Source: Paramecium tetraurelia (lineage: Eukaryota). From it: a stretch of DNA of 64,000 nt. Both the position numbers and the translations under genes were made by a program. A model generated the notes under the pieces. The model saw only the letters and a program-made list of their open reading frames with translations, made no database searches and was not told the origin of the DNA. The stretch is from positions 461,067 through 525,066 of the forward strand of contig CT868318.1 in NCBI GenBank assembly GCA_000165425.1. Direction: 5' to 3'. This document shows positions 26,974 to 41,019 of this stretch, one piece after another (positions within the stretch are counted from its first letter, which is position 1; each line of letters opens with the position of its first letter).

Positions 26974-29121
26974 ATGTCATATATAAATAAATTGCTTGTT
27001 GCAAATAGAGGTGAAATTGCATGCAGAGTTATGAGGACAGCCAAGAAAATGGGCATCAAAACTGTGGCTGTGTATAGTGATATTGACAAAAATACTTTGT
27101 TTGTTGAAATGGCTGATGAAGCTTACAATATAGGTCCTCCTTAAGCTTGTAATTATGAGTTAATATCGCTTAGTGCAATCATATTTAAGGAGTGATAAAA
27201 TCATTGACGTTGCATTAGGCACAAAGAGTCAAGCTATTCATCCAGGCTTTGGATTTCTTTCAGAAAATGCACAATTTTCCGAAGATTGTCAAAAAAATGA
27301 TATTGTAATATATATCTTAAATCGTCCAAGATATTTGTTGGTCCAGGAGCTGATGCAATTAGAAAAATGGGATCCAAGAGCGAATCAAAAATTATAATGA
27401 CAAATGCTTAAGTGCCAGTTGTCCCAGGATATCACGGTGAAAATCAAGATCCTAATTTGTAATCATTTGACTCTTACTAGGTTAGTCTGCTTCAAGAGGC
27501 TGAGAAAATCGGGTTCCCAGTTTTGATTAAGGCTGTTATGGGTGGAGGAGGAAAAGGAATGAGGATTGTCAGATAGAAATCTGAATTTTTAGAAGCTTTG
27601 GAAGGAGCCAAAAGAGAAGCCTTAAAGAGTTTCAAAGACGAAAGAGTGCTCGTTGAAAAATACATTGAAAAGCCTAGACACATTGAAGTTCAGATCTTTG
27701 GTGATAAACACAACAATTATGTTCATTTATTCGAGAGAGATTGCTCAATTCAAAGGAGACATTAAAAAGTCATCGAAGAAGCACCTTCTGCCTTGGAAGA
27801 GAAAATAAGATATGATATCGGTGAAGTATGTGCTATTCTATAAATTAGAAAGCCAAAGCAGCTGCCAGAGCAGTTAAATACTCAAATGCAGGAACCGTAG
27901 AGTTTATATTTGATTTGGATTCAAGTAAATTCTACTTTATGGAAATGAACACAAGATTGTAAGTTGAACATCCAATTACAGAAATGATTACTGGGGTTGA
28001 TTTAGTTGAATGGTAACTTAGAGTTGCAAGTGGAGAACAACTACCATTAACTCAAGAATAAATTAAAAGAAAAGGTCATTCAATTGAAGCTCGTATCTAT
28101 TCAGAGAGTCCTAACAATAATTTCTTACCAGGGAGTGGCAAACTTGATCATTATTCAGAACCAAAAGCATCTCAATCTGTTAGAATTGAAACTGGTGTAA
28201 GAGAAGGAGATACTATTTCAATCTTCTATGATCCCATGATTGCTAAGTTGGTTGTCTATGGAGAAAATAGACAATTGGCCATCTAAACACTTTTAAATGC
28301 CTTGTAAAATTATTAAGTAATCTTTAACCTAATTCTTTTAGATTCAAGGCTTACCTAATAACATTTCATTTTTAAAAACAGTTCTTTAACATCCAGAATA
28401 TGTAAATTAGTAATATGATACCTCCTTCATTGCCAAAAACTAAGACACTTTATTAAAATTAAAAGACCATTACAATCCTATCGATATTGCTCTAGCAATT
28501 GCTGGTAGACATTTCCTAAATTCGGTTAATTTACCTAAATCACTCTTAAATTTCAGAAATGGTGCTCAAATTCATAATAAATTATCATTGCATATTTAAA
28601 GTGCTTCATATGCACATTAAAAGGAGATTAAGATTACTCATAACATTAATGGAAACACTCATGAATTAGAAATTAAAGGTTAAAAGATTGTAATCAATAA
28701 AGTAACTAAAAGTTAAGAACATAATAATTTATTAATTTTTGAAACCAATAAAGGAATCTTCATCAGAACTATTAGAAACGGATAGAACTTATTGATTTTT
28801 GATGCCGAAGGAGACCCTATCACTATCACTGTCTCTTCTGATGAGGTCAAGAAGGTCAAATCGGATCAACATGGACATGGCAATAATAAAGAAATTGTTG
28901 CTCCTATGCCATGCACTTTGACCAAAGTTAATGTAAAGGTTGGATAAAAAGTGAAAAGAGGTATATAGTTTATAATTATTAAAGGTGATATTTTAATTAT
29001 CATGGAAGCCATGAAGATGGAACACACAATTAAAGCAGCCATAGATGGTGAAGTTAAAGAGGTCAGATACAAAGAAGGACAATTCATTGAACCAGGAGCT
29101 TTGATTGTTAAATTAGAATGA
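26974..29121 (+). CDS. MCCC1: Biotin-dependent acyl-CoA carboxylase alpha subunit (methylcrotonoyl-CoA carboxylase alpha-like)
   Basis: [67 protein letters not shown], biotinyl site EAMKMEH. MCCA versus PCCA is not certain. Confidence 0.88.
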
Positions 29122-29776
29122 AATAGAAATTTATAAAGTCATATTGAATATTCTATTAAACAAACTATTCATTTTATATTCTTTCCAAGTTTATTAGCTT
29201 ATTTATGCAATTTTAAAGGGAATTGTAAACAAGAATAGAGGTTGATTTCAGAATAATAAAAGTAATGAAAAAATCATATCTCGATTATAATTGGAAATAA
29301 ATGTAATTCTGAGATATATATAGGGCTTGAATAAATGATTTTTCTAAAAGAATATAAAATAGAAATTAAATTTTTCTATCAAATAAATTAGTTCAAAGTA
29401 TATATAGCAGACTTCTCCTAAAGACTTAAATAGTATTTTAGAAAAAATGTATAAAAAAACAACAGTTTATCAAAATTCAACCCAAAAAAGCAACCTATAA
29501 ATTGCGCTATAAAATGCTATTCTTTAATTAGCTTGTTGGCTAGTATTAGCTATTGCATACAAAATGAATTACATAATAAATAACTAAAGTTAATTCTAAT
29601 ATTTTATAAAAATGAAAAATAGAGGAATCCAGTCTTAGGAAGCTATAAAATAATAATTTTATGCATAAATCCTATAATTACATTTATTTATATAAGAACT
29701 AAATTTATTATTAGTTTTTTAGGATAAAATTTGGTTGTAGAATTAATTTTTCTAATTCATTATTTTTTATAATAGA

Positions 29777-32700
29777 ATGAAATTAATTCTCCTTTCGTTG
29801 TGCTTATTGCTGTTGACTAGCGAGTAAAATTGTAAAACCATTTAAAATATTTAGGTCATTATAGCTGTTTATCTTGTGATTCTGGTGATAAAATAAAGTG
29901 CAAGACTTGCGATGAAAAAACAAGAATTTTTAGAGACGGGAAATGCGAATGCAAAGATGGATTCGTAGAAATGTAAACTTTATAATCTTCTGAATGCCTA
30001 TGTAATTTATTTTAATATTTGAAGAGTGCTCCTAAAATTGCATTAAATGCGACATTAGTCAAAGGAATCACTGTTTGAGTTGTGGAGATACTACTTAGAA
30101 CTTTAGAGAATTAAAGAACGATGATTGTGTGTGTATAGCAGGTTATCATGCCGTACCTTATTAATATGCGTGTGAATCAGATGAATGGGATCAACGATTA
30201 TATACTTTTAAATATAAAATTGACACTAATAAAAAATATTGGAATTAAGTCGTAAATTTCTTTGACAATACTGGAATATAGGACTAATTAATTAACCTGA
30301 TAAAGAAATCATATTTATAGGATACTTAAGAGAGTTCTGTTTAAAAATATTACTTTGATTTAGAAAATAATTAAAAGAAATTTTTTTACAGAGATAAGAA
30401 TCCTATCGGTGAGTACTATTAGTAATTGGATTAAAATGTATTTGCAGTTGGATATTTACAACCAAAATCTCCATAAAGTATTTTATGGGGTTATGGTTCA
30501 ACTGAAGTAGGATGGGAAAGCAATGTCTATTTTACCAGCAGAACTTTAGATGTGTAATGGAATACAAGATTGTTTTAATATTTAAAGTACGGTTAATTAT
30601 TTATTCAAACAATATTATCGGAATAACTTTAAATCACGAGTAGATTATTAAGTGAGGACTATTCTAAATTCAATATGATTTACTTTTTTTACATTGGTTA
30701 CAAAGTGAATAGATTTTTGAACACTTATGAACTGGAACTATTGATAGATAAATTAATGAATTTAGTTAATGGGTGCAAATCCTATTGTTCAGATTGTTTA
30801 TTCTATTAAAATTAATAATTTTGTTAGAGTTGTGATTTGAATAGAGAAAATAATGCCGGAAATTGTAAGTGTATATACGAAACAAATGATTAAGCAAAAT
30901 GTTTTTCTCCATGCAATCTTGAGAGTTGTGTAACATGTGTGAATGGAGTGTGTGTAAAATGTCCTGATGGATAATCTCCTCCTTGCACAACCCCAATTAT
31001 TTAATGTGATGATGGATTTTATTTAGATAATTCTAAATGTGTATTATGCGAAAGTCCATGTATTAAATGTTCATCTAAAACAGTATGTAATAAATGTATG
31101 GACTCATATTATTTGGATTCTACAAATACATGCTAATAATGCAAGAGTCCATGCAATTTTTGTCAAAATGACAGTAATTGTACAACTTGTGTATAAAAAC
31201 ATTTTTTTCTAGATCAAAAATGTCATTCATGTACAATGATAGATGGTTGTGAAGATTGTTAAGAAGAAAACAAATGTCTCACATGTATCCGAGGAAAATA
31301 TAGAGATGATTAATATTAGTGCAAAAATTGTCTAAACAGTTGTGTTAGTTGTACTGGATTAAACTAATGTTTAGAATGTAAAGATGGATATTACAATACT
31401 TTAGGAGATTGCAAAGGATGTCCATCAATTTGCTCTAGATGTCTGAATAGTTCTTAATGCACTAAATGTGTATAAGGGTATTTTTTGAAATAATTAAATT
31501 GTTAACCATGTGCTGCTGGTTGTGCATCATGTTTTGATAATAAAGATAATTGTTTTTTGTGTAATAATGGATATCTATTAATGAATAATTCTTGCGTATA
31601 ATGCTAAAGTCCATGCAAGTCATGCGATAAAAATATTACTAAATGTATTTCATGTGTTGATAAATATTATCTAAATTCGAATAATGAGTGTATTGCTTGT
31701 GATAAAGGATGTGTAAATTGTTATTCATAGTAGTTTTGTTTAAGTTGCTAAAAAGGATATTATTTAGAAAACAACTTTTGCTTTTAATGTCTTTCTGGAT
31801 GCTAAGAGTGTCAAAATATTTAAACTTGTGATTCCTGTAAGATCGGATATTACTTTGATTCAAATACCAAGATATGCAAATCATGTCCAATCAATTGTTA
31901 ACTGGACTGTTCTTTTTAAAATGATTAAATTACATGTAACACATGTTCAAAATCCTACTATAAAAACCCTACTACTCTTTAATGTGAAAATTGCGAATCT
32001 CCATGTCTCAATTGTAAATAGACTAAATCTTCATGTGATGATTGCATCAGTGGTTATTATTTGGATAATGCTTTATGTATTAAATGCAATATTGTGAATT
32101 GTAAGGAATGTTCTAGTTCCACCAAATGCAATATATGTAATGACGGTTATTTGTTAAATGATAGCAATTTATGTGTTTTATAAAATAGCACTTGTGGTTC
32201 CCATCAAATATAAGTGTAGATCAGTTAAGTTTGCTAAGAATGCTACTAGAATTGTTAATCATGCTATGGTACTGAATAAAATCAATGCAAATAATGTTAC
32301 TAAGGAGATTATTTAAATGAATAGAATTAATGTAGGAACTGTAAATATCCATGTAACGAATGTACAAATGAACTTGTATGTACATCTTGTTAAAATGGTA
32401 TGTATTTGGATGGCAGTAACTAATGTCATTTCTGCGATAGTAATAAATGTTAAGAATGTGATCCTACAACTCTTGTTTGTAAATAATGCTTTGATGGTTA
32501 TTATCTAAAAAATTCTATATGTCAATCTTGTTAACCTAATTGTAGAAGTTGTTAGTCAGATGTTTAATGTCTTACTTGTTTTGAGGGATAATATCTTAAT
32601 GAAAGTTCTACTTGCATCAAATGCATCGATGATAATTGTAGTTACTGTCCTAACTCAGGTGTTTGTCTTTAATGCAAGTCGGCTTATCTCATAGACGCAA

Positions 32701-35688
32701 ATTAGAAGTGTTATCTGAAAGTCAGCCCAATACAGTATTGTTTTAAGAGTTTCAATGAGATTGAATGCGATGTCTGTTCTTAAGGTTCATACTTAGATAC
32801 TGAAAAAAAATGTAGTTTATGTAATGACAATTGTAGAACTTGTTCAGATAATTCAACTTAATGTTTATCTTGTAATTTAAAATTTTATGTATCTCCAGAA
32901 AGAAAATGTGAAGTTTGCACAGCAGGTTGTTTAGAATGCAAAGACAAAGCAGATTTTTGTTAATCATGCGATTCTGGGTATATATTGATTTAAAGTGATT
33001 AACTTTGTTAAAAATGTGTTGAAAAATGTAAAACCTGTATAGATAAAAACGATAAATGCACGTCTTGTAAGGCTTTGTATTATTATCAAAATAATGACTG
33101 CATCTCATGTCCTAATGGATGTTTTACATGTGACTCATCCACTAAATGCACAAGTTGTATACCCAAATACTTTTAAAAAGATGTATCATGTTTATAATGT
33201 CCTTAATAATGCAAAGAATGCACTTCCTATGCTATTTGTACTGTCTGCATATAAAATTTTTATTTAGACGGATATTAGTGTAAACCATGTCCTTTTAAAT
33301 GCAAAGATACTTGCTATAAAGATGGTTCCTCTCTACGTTGTGATAATTGCAATATTGGCTATTTTTCAAAGGATAATGATTGCTTGAAATGTAAAGCTCC
33401 TTGCGAAACTTGTTAATCTAAAGAAGATGAATGCACATCTTGTATCGGAGGATATTTTTTGGCAATAAATAAAGAATGCCCAAAATGTAGAACTGAACAC
33501 TGTAGATTATGTTAGAGTCTCACAGGTCAATGTCTGAAGTGTGATTATGGTTATATTATGACTGATGTAGAAGTCTGTTCAATATGTACCACATGTACAT
33601 GTGATGAAAATAAGTATTATAATTGGGATAACGGAGGTTGTTTTGAATGTGATAGTTCTTGTTAAAAGTGCTACATTTCCCCAACTTAATGTACAACCTG
33701 TAAAGTCAACTAATATTTGGACCCCACAGATAATACATGTAATGTTTGTGTAAATCAATGTAAGACATGCAAAAGCGCTACTTAGTGTTCTTCCTGTGAG
33801 AATGGCTATTATTTATCAAGTGATATGTAATGTTTACTCTGTTAATCACCATGTGTCAATTGTTTAGACAATTATAAATGTCTTAATTGTGTAAATGGTT
33901 ATTATTTAAATGATACTACATGTGTCTAATGCAATTCAAAATGTGAACTATGTTCTTCTGAAGCTCAATGTTCAAAGTGTGTTCAAGATGGTCGAACTTA
34001 TTTTGATAATATATCTAAATGTAAGAACTGCGAATCCCCGTGTTAAGAATGTTATAATGCAGGATGTGTGAAATGTCCATCCATGTATTACATATCAGAA
34101 TAACAATGTATTCGATGTTCTGATAACTGCTTATAATGTTCAAGTTCTGAATGTCTATAATGTGCTAATGGCTATTATATAAATGGGTAAACTTGTGAAT
34201 AATGTTCTGAGAATTGTTTATCATGTACTTCTACTGAGTGTACAAAATGCAAGGTTCAATATTTTGTAAATGGGACATCATGTGAGAAATGCATGGATAA
34301 TTGTAACGTGTGTGATTCAACAACCAGTTGTATCACCTGCCAAACTGGATATTACTTTGATTAATCACTTCTGATCTGTTAAAAATGCAATGAAAACTGC
34401 CTTTCTTGCAATGCTGCTAGTTGTTTGAAATGTGTTGAAGGTTATTATTCTGCTAGTACTAATTGTATTAAATGCTAAGATAATTGTTTATCTTGTACTT
34501 CCACTAAATGTAATTAGTGTGTTGTTCCTTATTAAATTAATCAGCAATTTTGTATATTATGTAAATAAGGATGTAAAACATGTTCAGATTAAGAATGCTA
34601 CATCTGCGATGACAAATACTATTTGGATTCAAAAACAAAATAATGTGTCAATTGTAATCCTAACTGCTTAAGTTGCACTATTACCGATTGTCTATCATGC
34701 AATAATGGATATTATCCAAAAGGTTAAACTTGTGTCCATTGTGATGCAAATTGTGTATCTTGCAACGAATAAGGATGTCTTGAATGCAATAGCTCTTTTT
34801 ATCTTGATCAAGGGAAATGCTTCAAGTGCCAAGACAATTGTAAATAGTGCACTATCGATTCTTGTCTAGAATGTGGAACAGGATATTATCTTAATGGAAC
34901 CAAATGTGAATAATGTAATGTGCCATGTATTGAATGTACAAGTTAAACGGTTTGTTTAAAATGCTCAAAAGGGTCTTATTTAGATTAGAATAAATGTGTA
35001 AATTGTGAATCAAATTGTGATTCTTGTACCTAAGAGGGATGTAGCTCATGTGTTGCTGCTTATCGATTAAATGAGAAGGACAAATCTTGTGTTTCATGCT
35101 CTGTTAAGAATTGTTCGACTTGTCCTCAAGATAAATGTTCTCTTTGCCAAACAGGGTACTGTTCTGCTGATTCTGAATGTTAAAAATGTCCTAGTTCATG
35201 TAAACTCTGTACAGAAAATGCCTACGTTAAATGCTCAGAATGTAATCAATTAAATCTTGGATGCTTAAGTGGATAGTATTTAGATAAGACAACTTCAATA
35301 TGCTAATGTATAAAATATATTTATATTCTAAGTTTGCTAAATTAACAATTGTCTAGAGTGCTCCTCAGAATCTACATGTTTATCCTGCCAATACGGATAT
35401 AGTTTGTCAGATGCTTAGGATTAATGCATTAAAAATGAGTCATCATTGAATACTGATGTTATTGCTGGAGTTATTGGAGGAGGTGCGATAGCCTTATTTA
35501 TAGCAATTGCAGCATAAAAATTCTCTATGATTCATATTACTACCAAATTATTCAAGAGCGCCTCTATTTAGTTTGAGACAAAATTAGGTTCAACTGGAGC
35601 TGCTCCATCCAATTGGGAATAAATACCTAATATGACTTCAGATTAATTGGACAAAATATTAAAAGATTAATCTTTTTAAATGTTATGA
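29777..35688 (+). CDS. Giant Cys-rich (furin-like/growth-factor-receptor repeat) type I membrane protein
   Basis: Signal peptide MKLILLSLCLLLL; dozens of CxxC...C..GY(Y/F)L...C repeats from about 30770-35430; TM segment VIAGVIGGGAIALFIAIA; short cytoplasmic tail; a few short introns. Confidence 0.85.
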
Positions 35689-35742
35689 TTTATATTTAAT
35701 AACTTATAATTTATATGTAGTTGATAACATCTATAATATATT

Positions 35743-38316
35743 TCATTCTAATTTCGCAATATCTTTTTGAGCTAATTTACTTGCCTCTATCAATATCTTC
35801 TCAATATCGTATTTCTAATTCAATGTTTCCTTTGCCTGTTTCCAGAGCCTTCCATATTTTGGCCTTCTTGAAATGCATTGTTATAGGATTTCCTTTTCTA
35901 TTAGGTACAGATAGGCCCAAGCGTCTCCCAATCTTGGTTCCAAGATTAAAGCTTTTTCTAACCACCTTTTAGCCTTCTCAATTTTACCCTCATTCAAGAA
36001 CACCTTTGCAGTTGAAAGATATACATAAGGGTTATCAACACACAATGTCACTGCATCTGCTGATTTCTTCTTCCTTGTAGTCTTTGGCTCCAATTCAATA
36101 GCAAGAGACCATAACTCCCCATCCAATTAACAACATTACAATGCCTTACTTAGTAAAAACTAAGCTGCCTTATGATTCTTAGCATCAATTTCTAATCTGA
36201 TTGCTTAAGCCCAGAGTTGAGAACTTTTTGGGTTCTTTTCCCTTGCTCTATCAATCAAAGGCCTAGCTCTTGTGTAGAGTTGTTATTAACATTCCATTTT
36301 AATATAAGTCAACCACACATTCAATGAGTTGTTAAGAATTTTAATGGCTTCCTCAAAGATCGATCGAGCACCCTAATAATCCTTTTAATTGATTTTAGCC
36401 TATCCACATAGAATCCACAGTTTATCAGATTACGGATATTGTGTTAATATTTTCTCAGCTTACTCAATCTATTTATTCATCAAAAGCATCAACTTAAACA
36501 TCTTAACCCAAGTTTTATCGCTGGGTATCAAGTTGTCTTATATGTATTAAAGATACTAGTATGCTTTCTCATAATTACCTTGTTGTTTTTCAAGTTTACT
36601 CAAAGTTAATAAAATATTTTCTGATTTAGGAGATTTCTCAAAAACTTCCAAGTAATTCTACTATAGTTCTTATTTCCTCAAAATCAGTTCAATCCAAAAT
36701 TGTTCAATTTGAGGGAGATTGGTGACTGCCAATTCCAATGCTTAATCGAAGTATTGAGCATCCTCATCCTTATGTCTTCTTTCGAATTCAATGTATTCTT
36801 TCCATATTTCAAAATTGTTCTATCGTTCTGCTTCGACTGCGATTATTGCTCTGGCTGTATGCAATGAAGCTCTTTATTCAAATTAAGTGAAATCCTGTTT
36901 CCAAGAATTATCACTTTGCTTATCTTCTTCTAGAGTGATTGCTTTAACTATTGCATAACATGTATTAACGTTAGAGCATTTCTCTGCAATTTCAGCCTCT
37001 TAAAGCCAATCCTCTTTAACAATCTTCACTTAATTCTTTTTTAATATCTTAATCCCCTTAGAAAGAACAATTGCAATCGTTTATTTATTCTTGCCTGCAC
37101 TCTCCTCTAACTTGGCTGCATTTATCCAAATTGTAGGTTCTTGGGGGAGATTCTATCTTGCTCTATTTAAAATGGCTTTTGCATTCTCGTAGGTTTCTAA
37201 CTTGGCCAATGCCAACCAAAGGGATAAGTTTTTTGGAATGCATTCCACAGCCTTATACAATAACACTAATGCTTCTGATTCACTTGATAGACTCACGAGT
37301 TCCTTCCATATGTCAACACTATTAGGAATAAATTCTAATGCTCTCTTCAACAATTTAATCTTTGCTTCTGTCTCCTATTCTTTATTAACAGCATTCAACC
37401 AAATCTTGACACTGTGTGGTAATGTTTAAATAGCCTTATTGAGTATTAATTTAGCCTTCTCTGGAGTTTCCAATCTTGACAACTCAATCCAAATATCTTC
37501 CTGATCTTCTGCTTATTATAATCCCTATGCCAAAATGGATCTAGCGGCAGCCAGCTTCCCATCTAATTCTTCAATTCTAGCAGCTGCTATCCATCCAAAT
37601 GAATTTTTAGGATCTGTCTATATAACACTCTTTAATAACAATCTGGCCTTTTTGAAATCTCCAATCTCGTTTTCACTCAGATGAGGCAATGAAGCCAAAC
37701 TTGTTAAATAACCTCGTTTATCCACCACACTTTATCCAGAAACATTATCACTGATTTTATCTAGTTTCAAAGACAGCAGAGCTCCTCTTGCTTCTCCTAT
37801 TTCATTTAAGTCGTGTGCTTTTGTTTATAAATTCTTCTCCGATAGTTAGGCAGACATTATCACTGAATCAGGAACAGGAGTGATCTTATCCTGTTTCTTT
37901 TTCTTAATTGAATAGTCTCCAATATCGGGAATCGATAACCATTCATCGATACCCACCTTTGCCAATTCTCTTTTTAAATCACTGAATTAATTCACTATAG
38001 ATGGCTTTTCTGGCAAATTTGTCGGCATTCTCTTCTGCCTTCTTTCCTCCATCTTTCTGTCCACACTATTATATGTAAGATCAGCCTCTCTGTCTTCATC
38101 ATCATAATCCCCCATATTAAACAATGGAATTGAATAGCCATTCCACTCATCATATTTTGCATCATTATAATCATTTTGATCGTCATCCTACTCAATCCCT
38201 ATATCAACCTTTGCAGGTCCTATATCACTTCTTGTAATAAATCCAACTGCACCTCTTCCTCTACCTGGTACGTAGTTAGTTGGCTGATTTCCAGAATCCT
38301 TCTACCTCTAAAGCAT
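35743..38316 (-). CDS. PRPF6: Pre-mRNA splicing factor PRP6 (U5 snRNP, HAT/TPR repeats)
   Basis: [74 protein letters not shown]; intronless 2574 nt. Confidence 0.95.
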
Positions 38317-39226
38317 CAAATTTTTATATATATTTTAAATAATTTCTTTTAAATTTTCTATGGTATTTCTTTTTTTTTTAATTCATTACAACATTTTTAT
38401 TCATAATTTTGAATAGTATTCATTAATTTAACTTGCTATGATTTTTTCACTATCATTCTATATAGACATTGTAGTTTATAAAAATGTTTATTAAAACACC
38501 AAAAGAAAATCTATTCTATGAATTGTATTTATCAATCTATACTAGTAATATGAAAATATGATATTAATTCTTCTTTTAAAATTGTAGAATTTTATTGACT
38601 TACCATCTTCATCCAGTAGAAAAAGAGAAGATATTTTATTGAAAAAGAATCTTTATAATAATTTCAATTTAAGTACTCAAAACTTCAACATTTATATCAA
38701 AAGAATTGCTCCTTAATACCTAAGTCTGAATATTATTTATATGATTTTAATAATAATATTAACTATTAAGATATTTATATATATTTCTTTTAATTACATG
38801 CTTAACTCAGAAGTGTTGAATCCTTAGTTTGAGAGCACACATATATTTTTAGCAGATAAAATAAATGCTTTTAAGCACTTTTAATTAAATAACAAACATT
38901 TTGAAATCCTTTTTGAAATATATGAATTAATAAGCTGATATTTAACTTAATTATGAATAAAAACAATTGATTCTTTGGAAATGCATCGATACACCTCAGT
39001 CTAAATCTATACTTCGTTTTATTCCATATAAGATAAGTATTTAATAGGAAATAAATGTATTAATATTAAATTGATGTTATACAATAGAATTTAGGAGGAT
39101 TGAAATGATAATAGGAATCAGTCTTCAGATATATATTATATGAAGAATATTTATTAATAAATTTTAATCAAATTCGTTAAAAAACACTACTATCTAATCT
39201 TTTTAATTAATTTTTTTATTTGTTTA

Positions 39227-40492
39227 ATGAGAAGCGCCCACCAATTAATAACTCAATTTGAACTTAATGGTTTCACTCTGCCCTAAATGGAAAAGAATAT
39301 GTGCATAACCTTTCTAAAGGATCTCCTCCAATAAAATCCTATCGATATGGAATTCATACTTACAAATACATCTCCATCTGAATCAGAAAGGAAATTACTT
39401 ACATCAAAATCGAACATGCTGCAATTGCTTAATGAGGATAAAGATCCATCTGTGATCAAACCTATATTTGATTATAGTCAACTAGAGAATCTTATTCCTA
39501 AGAAAAATAGAAACAAAATCAATGAAATAAAAACAAAAGTTGAAACATTGCTTAATAGTAATAACATAGATCCACCCTTAACTATTAAAAAGAGGTATCT
39601 TACTCACTATTTATAATAGATGGTGGACGGAGGAAGAAGATCAACAACTTAAAGAATTAGTAACATAACATGGAGCAAAAAATTGGAAAAAAATAGCATC
39701 ATACTTTGAAGAAAGAACAGATGTCCAATGTTTACATAGATGGCAAAAAGTGCTGAATCCAGATTTAGTTAAAGGTCCCTGGACACAAGAGGAAGATGAA
39801 TTATTAGTTAAATTAGTAATAAATTATGGACCGAAAAATTGGAGTCAAATTGCAAAGCATTTACCAGGAAGAATTGGAAAACAATGTAGAGAGAGGTATT
39901 GATTTATGTTACACTTAGATTTCATAATCATCTAGATCCCAAAATTAATAAGGAAAGATGGACTGATGAAGAAGATTAAACAATTATTGAAGCTCATAAA
40001 AAATTAGGCAATAGATGGTCGTTGATTGCTGGCCTCTTAAAAGGTAGGACTGATAATTCTATTAAAAACCATTGGAATAGCACTTTAAAAAGGAGATTGA
40101 AAATGTAAAATAGATGGGAAGATCTTTAAGTTCATCCAAGATAAGATGAAACCTCAGTTAAAGGAGTTCCCAGAAGATAGGTGCAAAGAAGAATTATGTA
40201 TTATAAAACACCAGAAAAACTGATCAAGAGAGATCCAGTGTCTAGATAATTGAATTTCTAAACTCCTTACTCTAATACTACTCCAAGTAAATATTTGAAT
40301 CACATTTTTAGAGTCTGAATAAACACCCAAAAATCTGAGTATTGTTTATCCAAATCTATTAGTCAAGGATGCTTTAAAGATGTAAAATTCTATATAATAT
40401 AAAATAGAGACTCTTGTTCAGTATTATTCAAATAATTGAGTGAATTAACCAATTTGAATCTTGATTTCAATAAATAATATAGTTACAAATGA
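39227..40492 (+). CDS. Three-repeat (R1R2R3) Myb transcription factor
   Basis: [83 protein letters not shown]. Confidence 0.93.
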
Positions 40493-41019
40493 TAAATTTA
40501 TAATCACAAATATTCTCCCTATTTAATTCATAAAAAGCATATAAATATATATATATATATTAATTATAAAAAATATATATCACAATTTTATTAGTATATA
40601 AAAAATAGCATTAAAACTTATAATTCAATTTGAATCTCACCCAATTTTAATTAAGGATTCATATAAATTTCTAACCAAATACCTCGTATGTTTGTAAAAA
40701 GCCATCCAAATTTTTGTTAAGCAAGTTTCATTTACAACAGGAATTTCAGAGCATTCTGGTTTAAAATCATGAATTATGAAATATATTCAATAAAATATAA
40801 TATATGATTTAAAACTATGAAAAATTAGTTTAGAACAGTGTAATTATAATAGTGCTATTGGGATTAATGATAATGTGGTATTTTCCTTAAGTGTTATTTG
40901 TATTATTAAAAAAATTTGATATATAAATTAATTATTTGAATTATGTATGACAGTTTATTTGCTGCATTTTTTTCACTATTAATCTATTTCAATTATGTAA
41001 AAATAGTAATAAAATATCC

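Noticed and set aside
20356..35688. Cys-periodic repeats as a mobile element or satellite
   Set aside because: The periodicity is at protein level with diverged DNA, and lies inside ORFs with signal peptides and anchors.
38320..39220. AT-rich spacer as a retained IES, ncRNA or small gene
   Set aside because: I found no convincing TA-bounded inverted ends, RNA structure or supported ORF.
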